Assembly: GCA_002269645.1 (NCBI GenBank)
Contig: NIVC01000583.1
Span: 62,001-126,000 of the forward strand
DNA: 64,000 nt
Direction: 5' to 3'
From: Macrostomum lignano
Taxonomy: Eukaryota
Both the position numbers and the translations under genes were made by a program. Below are positions 12,021 through 24,520 of the stretch, in pieces (position 1 is the first letter of the stretch; the number at the start of each line of letters is the position of its first letter). The notes beneath the pieces were generated by a model that worked only from the letters and a program-made list of their open reading frames with translations, was not told the DNA's origin and did not search any database.

Positions 12021-12840
12021 GTCTTAAAAATCTCTTAAATAATAACAAACTACCTCTAGCAAATGAAACCAGGAGAAAGAATAAAATCAACAACGAACAA
12101 TCATAATCACGGCCGTTAGCAAGAGGCGTTGATTATTTATTTATTAACACTATTCATAAACTTCATAACAAAACCTCTGGTCATACTAAAACAATACAAA
12201 CCGGCATTGATTGCACAGAGAATACAATACCGAAAACAGTGACAATTATCTATAACTAAATCAAATGGCTCATTACCTGCTTATTACAACTGAATGAATT
12301 AAGTTACCATCAGGCTTTGTCAAACAGTCTTGTCAAATTTGAGACTTCTGCAACTTCTGCAGGGTCAGAGAGGCTTAGCACTTTAGCAGTGTAAAGGGTA
12401 GGGTACAGAATCTGGTATTTTATTCTATTTGATTGTAAAACCTTTTTGACTGATACCAGCTAGCACAAAGGCTTAAAACAGACTTCAAAATAAAGTATCG
12501 ATTTATGTTTCAATAGAAATATGAATCAGTAACACAAGCATATCTGGGTATCTGGGATTTTTAAGAACACAGACGGCTTAATTAGCCTGCTCATGGGGTG
12601 AGCGAAACGGGGCACGACTGCATGGCAGGGTGGGGGGGGGGTTCCCCGTTCATAAATATCGTCTCTCATCATCATCATTCAGTCAATAAATATATACAAA
12701 CAACAGTAAGAGTTTACTAGCTAGCTTTCATTAAAATATTTTTATTCAAAAATACTGATTCTCTACAATTTACTACTAATTAATTACAGGTTAAAAGGGA
12801 TCATTGTATATATGAATATAAACATATATAACTTATCTAC

Positions 12841-15800
12841 CTAAGCTGAGGTCTTGGCTGCTTCAGTGGGGGAGCCGGCACTGGATGAAGCAGAATTGCT
12901 GCAGTTCGCTGCTGCTGGTTCGTGAAGCCACGGGCAGCAGCGGAGGTGGGCCGGTTGACCAGTCGACGTCAGCACGAAAGCCAAAGCTGCCGGAGCTGCG
13001 CCTGCCGACGTCGACGGAACGGACGGCGACGGCGATGATTCGTCGAATCGGCGATTGCAAACGGCGCAGCGGGTGGTCTCGGTGAGGCTGATGCTGGAGC
13101 GGCAGTTGGGCAGGCTGGCCAGCTGGTGAGACAGGGTCAGCTGCGGGGACAAAGAAGGTCACGGTGGGCCGTTGCTTGCTACCTGCTATCGAGGGGACTT
13201 TAAAGTTCTTAGGCCGATTTTTGAAGCCGAAACGGGAGCGATTCTCATAGTGAGACTAGGGACGATTCTCATAGTGAGACTAGGGACGATTCTAATATTG
13301 ATACTATTAGCGATTCTAATATTGATACTATTAGCGATTCTCATAGTGAGACTAGAAACGATTCTCATAGTGAGCATATGAGCGATTCTTATTGTGAGAC
13401 TAGGGGCGATTCTCATAGTGAGCCTATGAGTGATTCTCATAGTGAGACTAGAAACGATTCTCATAGTGAGCCTATGAGCGATTCTTATTGTGAGACTAGG
13501 GGCGATTCTCATAGTGAGCCTATGAGTGATTCTCATAGTGAGACTAGAAACGATTCTCATAGTGAGACTAGCGATTCTTATAGTGAGGCTAGGGGCGATT
13601 CTCATAGTGAGACTATGGGCGATTCTCATAGTGAGACTATGGGCGATTCTCATAGTGAGACTAGGGGCGATTCTCATAGTGAGACTATTAGCGATTCTCA
13701 TAGTGAGACTACGGGCGATTCTCATAGTGAGACTAGGGCGATTCTCATAGTGAGACTAGGGGCGATTCTCATAGTGAGACTAAGGCGATTCTCATAGTGA
13801 GACTATGGGCGATTCTCATAGTGAGACTAGGGGCGATTCTAATAGTGAGACTAGGGCGATTCTCATAGTGAGACTAGGGCGATTCTCATGGTGAGACTAG
13901 GGCGATTCTCATAGTGAGACTATGGGCGATTCTTATAGTGAGACTAGGGGCGATTCTCATAGTGAGACTAGGGGCGATTCTCATAGTGAGACTATGGGCG
14001 ATTCTCATAGTGAGACTAGGGACGATTCTCATAGTGAGACTAGGGGCGATTCTCATAGTGAGACTATGGGCGATTCTCATAGTGAGACTAGGGACGATTC
14101 TCATAGTGAGACTAGAAACGATTCTCATAGTGAGTCTATGAGCGATTCTCATAGTGAGACTAGGGGCGATTCTCATAGTGAGACTAGGGACGATTCTCAT
14201 AGCGAGACTACGGGCGATTCTTATTGTGAGACTAGGGGCGATTCTCGTAGTGAGACTAGGGGCAATTCTAATACATATATACAGGAAATTGGGGCGACTC
14301 TCAATGTGACATTAGGGACTGTGCTTAGAGAGAGAAAAAGTGCGACAATTAGAGTGAAAAGTTGACAATTGAAAATTTTTGTACCGGGCTTGGCCACTAC
14401 CTCACACCAACCTACCTGGGCCGCCACGGCCAGTCCCTTAGCCAGACAGGCCGAGCGTCTCCTATGCAACGCCCTGCGCAGAGCCGAGCAAAGAAACGGC
14501 CTCAACGGTCCCACGGGATAATTAGCGGGCAGCAGCGGCAGGACTCGAGCCCCGTCGGCTGGCACGTCTGGCCGGTTCAACAGACGGACAGCCGAACCGA
14601 GGAGGCGATCGCGGTGCTCACCAGACAGGCAGATGGCCAGCAGAGCGGACCAATACGGCCCGGGATTGGACTGGGCGGAGCACAACTCCGCCGCGGCGTC
14701 GCAGTCGCCAAGATCCAACAGTAGGACGCGAAGTGCGCCGTTGATGTCGCCGCAGCGGGCGCGCAGCTCGGCCAGATGGGGCAGCAACAGGACGGCGCCG
14801 TTGTCGCCGGAACGCGACTGAGAGAATAAGCGTTCATTTCTAATTGAATTCAGAATACATGTTCATGTAGTCTACTGACAGTAAAAATATAGACATCTTT
14901 CGCTAATTTGCTCGTTAAAAATAAAAATGAAAACTTACATTACTAACAGTAGCAATGTAAACATTTCGAAACGCAAAAACAGATTGAAGCTTTCAAAACC
15001 CTCACCTGCAAAGTCTGCAGTCGGCCAAGCAGAAATTGAGCCCGATAAACTTTTGATCGACGCAGAAAAGTCAACAGACGGGCTCTCAATGATGCGGCCG
15101 CGTCGGAGTCTGCAAAGACGCAAATATGCACATTTTAATAAACAAATCGTTTTTACTGCCCATTCCACCGACTCACCTGAGGCACACAATCGCGCGGATA
15201 AGTGCGCAGTCATACGCACACGCACACAGGAGTGTACAGCGGCCCTAACTATAGTGCCTTAGGGATTGGCCCTTAAAGCCGTTAATTGCATGAGCAGAGC
15301 CAAGCCGAGATTCCAATTTAGCTCCAAAACTAATGTGACTGAACTTGGAATCGAGCCTGGGCCTCCGGCACATCAGAGCTCAGAAAAGTCAACTTTTTGT
15401 TAAAGTCAACTCACCGCTATCAACTCCGGCCTCTTCAATAGCGTCAAGGTACAGCGCGCCCAGCCGAGTGTGCAGCCGCTCGTCCCCACCGTCCAGCTTC
15501 CGATCTTCTTCCCGATCTGTCTCGTCCAGCAGCAGAAGCAGATGCTGCTCCAAATAGAGAAGCAACGCCTTGGGAGCTCTGGACTCCAGCCTGGTGACAA
15601 TGTCGCTAGGCGGCAGGCCGCAGCCAGTCAGCACTCGCAGGTGCCGCTCCGGCTCCTTAGCCAGCAGGTACTCGGCGTGCGGCCAGAACAGGTCATCGGC
15701 ATCAGCGGCAGCCAGAGTGGTCACGTACTCGGCAAAATAATCAACTCCCGGAAATTGCGGATCGCCAGCTTCGCTGTCGTCAAGTAGCTGGCGCCAAACC

Positions 15801-18800
15801 TGGCAGGCCTCGGCTGATCTGCCGAGCCAGCGGAGCAACAGGGCGCGGGCGTGGTGCCGGCCAGAGCTGGCCAAGAATGCCAGGCAGTCGGCGGAGTCGC
15901 AGTCCAGCTCAGAGTAGATCAGAGTCTCCGTCTGGCCCGGCCGCAGCTCGGAGCAGAGCTTCAGCAGGGCCGTGTCCGCCTCGCGTCTGCGGGAGGAGAG
16001 GACGGGTTCGACTCTCTGTTTTCTTATCAATGTCCTCTCACATCGATTCCCACTGCTCCAGATACTTCGCCTTTAAACCAGCCTCCCAGATCCTTAGTTG
16101 CTGGGCCAGCCTCCCAGATCTTCAGTTGCTGGGCCAGCCTCCCAGATCCTCAGTTGCTGGGCCAGCTTCCCAGATCCTCAGTTGCTGGGCCAGCCTCCCA
16201 GATCTTCAGTTGCTGGGCCAGCCTCCCAGATCCTCAGTTGCTGGGCCAGCTTCCCAGATCCTCAGTTGCTGGGCCAGCCTCCCAGATCCTCAGTTGCTGG
16301 GCCAGCCTCCCAGATTCTCAGTTGCTGGGCCAGCCTCCCAGATCCTCAGTTGCGGGGCCAGCTTCCCAGATCCTCAGTTGCTGGGCCAGCCTCCCAGATC
16401 CTCAGTTGCTTGGCCAGCCTCCCAGATCCTCAGTTGCTGGGCCAGCCTCCCAGATCCTCAGTTGCTGGGCCATCAGCCTCCCAGATCCTCAGTTGCTGGG
16501 CCAGCCTCCCAGATCCTCAGTTGCTGGGTCCGCCTACCAGCTCCTTAGTTGCTGGGCCAGCCTCCCAGATCCTCAGTTGCTGGGTCCACCTACCAGCTCC
16601 TTAGTAGCTGGGTCAACCTCCCAGATCCTTAGTTGCTGGGCCAGCCTCCCAGAGTGTCAGTTGTTGCTGGGCCAGCCTCCCATCCCCAGACACGCAACCA
16701 TCAATGCAAGAGTCCAAGTCAAACAGAACTCACCTGAGGTCCCCAGTGAACCGGCTGACCCTATACTTGAACAGCAGCTCCAGCAGGAAGGCCTTCAACA
16801 AGTTCATCCTGTCCGGCTCAGCCCGGCACAGCTCGGCCAGCTGAGACAGACCGTCCGGCGGCGCGGGCAGCTCCACCGATCCGGACGGCGGCAACAGACC
16901 CGGACAGAGGCCAAGCAGGTGTCGCAGATCGATTCGTCCCTCGACCAGGTACTGAGTAGCCTTCTGAGCGTCCTCGGCCACAGACTGCCCGGCCGATTTT
17001 GCCGTTGCCGACGTGGCCCGACGCAGGCAGGCCAAGCCGGCCGCCTGTTGAATTCGGCGAAATTTGGCCAGCAGCTCCGGGCTGGACTGGCCGGCGTCCG
17101 AGGCCGATTGGCGAGCGTGCTCCGCCACGCGCATGGCTTCGTCCACCTGGCCGGGATAGGCAGGCGGCGCAGTAACGAAATAAATAACTGGTCATTGGAC
17201 ACAGATATGTGTCATTGGACAGGGATATGGGTCATTGTACACAGGTATGGTTCATTGTACAGAAATGGGTCATTGTATCCTACAGAAATGGGTCATTGTA
17301 TCCTACAGAAATGGGTCATTGTATCCTACAGAAATGGGTCATTGTATCCTACAGAAATGGGTCATTGTATCCTACAGAAATGGGTCATTGTATCCTACAG
17401 AAATGGGTCATTGTATCCTACAGAAATGGGTCATTGTATCCTACAGAAATGGGTCATTGTATCCTACAGAAATGGGTCATTGTATCCTACAGAAATGGGT
17501 CATTGTATCCTACAGAAATGGGTCATTGTATCCTACAGAAATGGGTCATTGTATCCTACAGAAATGGGTCATTGTACACCGATATGTCATTGCACACAGA
17601 TATGGGTCATTGGACATAGATATGGGTCATTGGACAGAAATATGGGTCATTGGACAGAAATATGGGTCATTGGACAGAAATATGGGTCATTGGACAGATA
17701 TATGGGTCATTGGACAGAGATATGGGTCATTGGACACAGATATAGGTCATTGGACACAGATATGGGTCATTGGACACAGATATGGGTCATTGGACAGATA
17801 TATGGGTCATTGGACAGAGATATGGGACATTGGACACAGATATGGGTCATTGGACACAGATATGGGTCATTGGACACAGATATGGTTCATTGGACACAGA
17901 TATGGTTCATTGTACAGATATGGGTCATTGTATCCTACAGTAATTGGTCATTGTATCCTACAGTAATGGGTCATTGTATCCTACAGAAATGGGTCACTGT
18001 ATCCTACCGAAATGGGTCACTGTATCCTACTGAAATAGGTCATTGTATCCTACAGAAATGGGTCATTGCATCCTATAGAAATGGATCACAGTATCCTACT
18101 GAAATGGGTCATTGTATCCTACAGAAAAGGGTCATTGTAAACCGATATGTCATTGCACACAGATATGGGTCATTGGACACAGATATGGGTCATTGGACAT
18201 AGATATGGGTCATTGGACACAGATATGGGTCATTGCACGCGAGAAACAGTTGATCGGGCACTTTTGAGTCATCATATAGACAGAAACAGAAAGGCTGTGC
18301 ATTAGAATAGTTCACGATAAACTTTAAACGCTCACCTGACCCTCACGCAGCATCTGCTCAACCTGGCTGTACCAGGGCAGCGGCAGCGCGGCCTGCAAGT
18401 CGCCGCTCTGACAGGCGATCAGTACAATATGAGACAGCGAGCCGCAGCGGGCAAATTCTCGAGCCAAAGCCAACGACAGGCCGCCATTGACGCTGTGCGT
18501 TTGCACCTGCTGTCGCTCGTAGTGCAGACCGCTGTGCACGGTTAGAAATTCGTCGCTTAAACTCAGCACGTATGGCGAGGCGCAGGCCAAGGCCAGGGTG
18601 TTGGAGTCCAGCTGCAGAGGCGGCCGGCGAGAGCTGCCGTCTTTGGCGCTGACAAATATTCCCAGATTGTTCATGCCGGTCACTAGGAATTCGCCCTGCG
18701 CGGAGTGAGCATTGTCTCATCAGTACTACTGTAAGTAGCGTGAATAAAACTCAGGATATTTTCTAGTCAATTTTTGCGCCCTCTGTGCCACTTGTGGTGC

Positions 18801-21800
18801 TCAATGTAGGCATCTAGCGCTTATTGTGGAGCTCCATTACCGCTAGATGTGGCGCTCCATTACCGCTAGATGTGGCGCTTATTGTGGAGCTCCATTACCA
18901 CTAGATGTGGCGCTTATTGTGGCGCTCCATTACCGCTAGATGTGGCGCTTATTGTGGCGCTCCATTACCACTAGATGTGGCGCTTATTGTGGAGCTCCAT
19001 TGCCGCTAGATGTGGCGCTTATTGTGGAGCTCCATTACCGCTAGATGTGGCGCTTACTGTGGCGCTCAATTACGACTAGATGTGGCGCTTATTGTGGCGC
19101 TCCATTACCGCTAGATGTGGCGCTTATTGTGGAGCTCCATTACCGCTAGATGTGGCGCTTATTGTGGAGCTCCATTACCGCTAGATGTGGCGCTTATTTT
19201 GGAGCTCCATTACCGCTAGATGTGGCGCTTATTGTAGAGCTCCATTACCGCTAGATGTAGCGCTTATTGTGGAGCTCCATTACCGCTAGATGTGGCGCTT
19301 ATTGTAGAGCTCCATTACCGCTAGATGTGGCGCTTATTGTAGAGCTCCATTAACGCTAGATGTGGCGCTCCATTACCACGAGATGTGGTTCTTATTGTAA
19401 CGCTTTAGTTACCGCTTGGTTTGCGCAACGCCTTTCAAATTTGTTGCTCAATAAGCCCAGCTGAATGTATTAGTCTATGACATAATAGTGCCACGAAAAA
19501 TGTACATAAAATAGTCTCGCAGTACGTCGCCTATCAAACATAAACGTACAGGACGGCACGAAGCCGCCACCTGCTGCAGGAATTCAATGTCAAAAAATGA
19601 TTATAGGAGAAAATAAACTAAATATGCAGCTGATGCACGTCGCATTCGCCGAAGAGGGCAAAAACTGCTTTTATTTCTGAAGTTTGAATACCGCTAATAA
19701 TAATAATTAAGAATTGCTCAGACGTCACCTTTCATGAATAAAAGTTTGTCAACTCAAAGATTCGCGGATGTTTTGGATTTTACGCAGGTGGAGTAAGAAT
19801 TGTTTATCTTTTTCACTTATGTTTATTGTCTTGATGCCGCTGTTCCGAATACTCGTAAAAGCTCTAAATTTCTGTTCGAAGCAGCCGATATGCAATCTTC
19901 GCTAACTAACAAAATCAATAAAAAATCAAAGCCCAGCAACTGAGGATCTGGGAGGCTGGCCCAGCAACTGAGGATCTGGGAGGCTGGCCCAGCAACTGAG
20001 GATCTGGGAGGCTGGCCAAGCAACTGAGGATCTGGGAGGCTGGCCCAGCAACTGAGGATCTGGGAGGCTGGCCAGCAACTGAGGATCTGGGAGGCTGGCC
20101 CAGCAACTGAGGATCTGGGAGGCTGGCCAGCAACTGAGGATCTGGGAGGCTGGCCCAGCAACTGAGGATCTGGAGGCTGGCCCAGAAACTGAGGATCTGG
20201 GAGGCTGGCCCAGCAACTGAGGATCTGGGAGGCTGGCCCAGCAACTGAGGATCTGGGAGGCTGGCCACAAACCAGATAGCAACACACACAAAGCAGTATA
20301 ACTAAACCAACCTTCTCAACCAGCTCCACCAGCGGAGTCACGCGCTGTCCATCGTCAAGGGAGAACAGCTCCTGCTGCTGCTGGGTGCCGTCAGGAGCGC
20401 AATTCACAAGCAGGTAGCGGCTCCACAGGCCTACGCATAGCGCGTCACCGTCAACGCGCTGTTGCCATGGAAACGGAAAGTAAAGGTGATCTTTAAATAT
20501 CATTTCAGCATACGGCTCAAGCAGATACAAAGCAGGCATTCGCAGAGTTACAGTCAGCACTCACAAAACTCAGCGGCACTTCGGGCAGAGAAATTTCCCG
20601 AATCAGCTGCGGCTTCGAGTCGCCAAGTTGAAGCAGCACGATTGACTTCTTTTTCGTGCCAATGTACAGCTGCGGGTTTAGCAGTATGAATGAAAGCATT
20701 TTCAGTGACACAGAGAGACAAGGGATCAGCGATGCAACATTGGAGATTAACTTGAGTGACGGAGTGATGAGTGTTCGGAGTGACAAGGGTTCAGAGTGAC
20801 AAGCGCTTGGAGTGACAACGGTTCAGAGTGACAATGGTTCGGAGTGACTATATTTTAGAGTGTCTATATGGTTTGGCGTGGCAATGTTTCGGAGTGACAA
20901 TGGTTCGGAGTGACAATGGTTCGGAGTGACAATGGTTCGGCGTGACAATGGTTCGGAGTGACAATGGTTCGGAGTGACAATGGTTCGGAGTGACAATATT
21001 TTAGAGTGTCTATATGGTTCGGCGTGACAATGGTTCGGAGTGACAATATTTTAGAGTGTCTATATGGTTCGGCGTGATAATGGTTCGGAGTGACTATATT
21101 TTAGAGTGTCTATATGGTTCGGCGTGATAATGGTTCGGAGTGACTATATTTTAGAGTGTCTATATGGTTCGGCGTGATAATGGTTCGGAGTGACAATATT
21201 TTAGTGTCTATATGGTACGGCTTGACAATGGTTCGGCGTGACAATGGTTCGGAGTGACAATATTTTAGAGTGTCTATATGGTACGGCTTGACAATGGTTC
21301 GGAGTGACAATATTTTAGAGTGTCTATATGGTTCGGCGTGACAATGGTTCGGAGTGACAATATTTTAGTGTCTATATGGTACGGCTTGACAATGGTTCGG
21401 AGTGACAATGGTCAGTCGGAATGCCAAGGGTTCGGAGCGGCAATAGATGAGAGTGACAATGGTTCGTATTTGGAAAACAAATACTACTGTACAAAATAGT
21501 ACAAAACCTAATGATTAAATGACAATAATTTCTGCTAATAAACAATATAATAAGCTTTACCTCTAAAGATTTTTCATACAGAGCATTGTGAACCTGGAAG
21601 CTGGTCACATTCTTCAGTTTAGTGGCATTATAAGAGACCTCGAGGCTGGGTATAGATAGCACTTGAAGCAGATTGTCGCACAATACAACCAACTTTTTGT
21701 TGTCGCAAATTTCTAGTTGAACAATTGGCTTCTTCTGAAAGGTATGTCATTTAGAAGGAATGTTTAGTTAATAGCAAATATAAATAATTATTAAATAAAA

Positions 21801-21965
21801 GTTATAATAAATACGCCTTACCAATCCAAGATTCTTTTGCTGAACAGGTCCAATAGAAAATTCTACACTGGTTCCAACCTCAATCAGCTCGAATGTGAAC
21901 AGGTAAATGCAGGAGTTGTTCGTTCCCAATGCTAGCGACTTGCGAAGCACATCCAATGCAGTCAG
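12841..21965 (-). CDS. TGFBRAP1: TGFBRAP1/Vps3-like (VPS39 family) CORVET subunit: CNH domain, clathrin-repeat region and C-terminal zinc finger; 5' exon(s) not located
   Basis: In-phase exons 21822-21965, 21561-21734, 20565-20669, 20312-20458, 18336-18695, 16734-17146, 15415-15986, 15006-15109, 14416-14817 and 12841-13140. Motifs: KNLGL|KKPIVQL..KLVVLCDN, RVDGDALC, PYVLSLSDEFLTVHS, LPWYSQVEQML, EADTALLKL, LRARLLTFLRRSKVYRAQFLL, CAVCNRRF..HLRC. Confidence 0.88.
13232..14270. repeat. 23-24-bp minisatellite with an internal hairpin (TCTCA-TAG-TGAGA) in the last TGFBRAP1 intron
   Basis: ggggcgattctcatagtgagacta, about 43 copies. Confidence 0.95.
16079..16680. repeat. 28-bp minisatellite, copy 2 (inverted orientation), TGFBRAP1 intron
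   Basis: agcctcccagatcctcagttgctgggcc units. Confidence 0.95.
17186..18236. repeat. Composite 20-bp/23-bp minisatellite with higher-order structure, TGFBRAP1 intron
   Basis: gggtcattggacacagatat and gggtcattgtatcctacagaaat blocks alternate. Confidence 0.95.
18828..19390. repeat. 35-bp minisatellite, TGFBRAP1 intron
   Basis: gctccattaccgctagatgtggcgcttattgtgga, about 16 copies. Confidence 0.95.
19931..20266. repeat. 28-bp minisatellite, copy 3, TGFBRAP1 intron
   Basis: Same unit and orientation as 7868-8680. Confidence 0.95.
20755..21415. repeat. 16-bp minisatellite (ggttcggagtgacaat) with an interspersed longer variant, TGFBRAP1 intron
   Basis: Direct tandem copies. Confidence 0.9.
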
Positions 21966-22239
21966 CTAAACAAGTATTAAAAATTAAAAATGTTTATGCT
22001 AGTTTGTCATAAATCATATTTTGCATTTAAGTTAATACAAATATCACCAAGAGCATCAGCTTTTATTGCTGCTATACTAATATTTTTGTAAATAAAAAAT
22101 CTAGTACAAGTTTTACATATTTTATATTAGTACTCTATTGAATAATTTTAATGGCTGGTGCAATATAGCTTTACTCTGTCTGTAATTGAAATCTTTTCTT
22201 TTTTGGCTTTGACTACTTTGCTTTATTTTACTTCATTTT

Positions 22240-23251
22240 TAATGCTTCATTGTTTGTACCAGGCAGGCAAGTCAACGGCAGAAATTATTGCCACCCTGTC
22301 TCATGAGAACCTGCACCGATCAACGGTCATCCTCACCATCAGCCGATGGGAGGGCACTGGAACATTGGAGGACAGGTCTCGGCCTGGCCGACCTGCAACT
22401 GCTAGGACTCCAGAACTGAAAAAGAAAATTGCCCAGAAGATTGAGCGCAATCCTGAACGCTCGATGCGCCAAATGGCAAAGGAGCATGAAGTGAGTGAGG
22501 CCACGGTCCAGCGCATCGTGCATGAAGACCTGGGACTGCAATCGCCCAAAAAAATCCTGCTCATCACCTGACTGCTGATGTTATGGCCACCAGGGTTGAG
22601 CGATCTCGTCTTCTCCTGTCCAAGCACATCGCTGACCATGAGGACTTCATCCTGTGGACAGATGAGAAAATTTTCAACGTTGAGCGAGCGCTGAACCGCC
22701 AAAACGACAGGTTTCTGGCCCCAAGTGCCTCTGCTGTCCAGCCAGAGCATCGCTTTGCTGACCGGCTTCAGCGCCCATCTTCAGTGATGGTCTGGGCCGG
22801 AATCAGCAGCAACAGTCGCACAAATCTCGTTTTTGTGCCCGAGGGTGTCAAAATCCGGGCTGAATCCTATCGAGAACTGATTCTAGAGACAGAAGTTCTT
22901 CGAATGAATCGCGAAGTGTTCAGGAACCAGGTCTGGACCTTCCAGCAGGATGGTGCTCCTGCCCACACCGCTCGAGCCATACAGGAGTGGTTTCAGCAGC
23001 ATGGGATCCTGCTGATCGCCAAAGAAGAATGGCCGCCATATTCCCATGACCTGAACCCCATGGACTTCTGTGTCTGGGGGGTTCTGGAGGCCAAGGCCTG
23101 TGCTACTCCCCACAGGAGTTTGGACTCGCTGCGAGCTGCCCTTCGGCGAGAGTGGGAGCGGATCCCCCAGGATGTGCTGCGTGCCGCAGCCCAGTCTGTG
23201 AGACGTCGTCTTCGTGCTGTCATTCGCAATAGGGGCGGCTACATTGAGTGA
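22240..23251 (+). mobile_element. Tc1/mariner-superfamily DD37D (maT) transposase, frameshifted, no TIRs recognised
   Basis: HTH region (LYQAGKSTAEII..GRP..SMRQMAKEHEVSEATV), then ILWTDEK, VMVWAGIS, FQQDGAPAH and WPPYSHDLNPMD, with 37 residues between the second and third Asp by hand count. The frame changes near the A7 run at 22548-22554. Confidence 0.9.
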
Positions 23252-24475
23252 TACTTTGTGCCATAGACACTGACAGGTCCACCAACATCTCTGTAAAATT
23301 TAACCTAATATCTTTTAGCATACCATAGGTGGCCCATAATATGTGTTGTTGCAGGACTTTTGACGCATCCTGTACATCAGATGTCAACAAACTCTTATTA
23401 TCTAACAATGCCTGCAGACCAGATCTAGACTACAACACTTTCAAGTCTAGCTTGCAAATCAATTTTGCAATTAAGTTTTCAATTTTACAAGTAAAATTAG
23501 CTTTGATCCTATCATTCTTATATCAGTTTTAATTGTGGGTTGTTTGTTGTTTGTTTATTTGGCATGCACTGCAATTTTGCCCAAACTTGGTAGAGATTTG
23601 CTGTGCCCATGCAGCACAGCAAATTCCTAGATGCGTTGCTTTCAGCTGTTGTTGCATACAATAGCTTTCATGTTTGACAATTTAGCTTAGTTTCAAATTC
23701 TCTTTGTCTTTATTAAATTTTTTGTTGAACTTTCAGCTTTATTATGTTTAAATTTGCATTTTATTTTGTCTTAAATTTGTTCTACTTAATTTAATTTCAT
23801 TATATAGCTTGTAGTTGGCTGTGCTATTAAAATTAAAGTGGCTACATCATGACAAGACAAGCACTTGAGATTTAAGAAAAGTGTTGTAGACAGCTGATGC
23901 ACTCTAGTTTATGTGGCAGGTGGGATGCCACTGACTATCAGAACTCTAATTTTATTATATGAAAATTTTATTTTTTGTCCATTCTCAGTTTATTTGTGTC
24001 ACTTTTTTATGTGTGGCACAAATTTTTCCTTCCCTGGTTTGGCTCTTCTTTCCTCTTTTTGGCCCTTTTTGTCCCTTTTTGGATTTTGTTTATTTTTGCA
24101 CTGTTTTTATAGTAATTTTGTTCCTATCCACCCCTAGTCATTTTTGTGTCCATTACCCTATCTAGTGTTTGCCCTAATGTTTGGGCTATTTGTTTCAAGT
24201 TATTTAAACGACCATTTTGGCTTGCTCTCCCCTCATTATCTTCTTCTGCTCCTGTTTCCTTTTGATACTTTGCCTCTAACCCTTTTTTCCGACTTACTAC
24301 TGACTTGCTTTACCCCAATATTTGCCTCTAATTTGTTAGATATTTGCTTGTAGCTAATTTAGTTCTAGTAAGTAGTAGTTAGTTTTGCGCCTTGGTGCTC
24401 ATGAATTTAATCTCTATCGACTAACTTAGAACTTATAACCAACCTGCTAATATTTATCAAGTTATTTATTTATTT

Positions 24476-24477
<2 letters not shown>

Positions 24478-24520
<43 letters not shown>
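24478..24520. repeat. (AAT)n microsatellite
   Basis: Direct observation. Confidence 0.95.

Noticed and set aside
15851-18202. 783-aa plus-strand ORF
   Set aside because: It consists of antisense TGFBRAP1 exons plus translated minisatellites.
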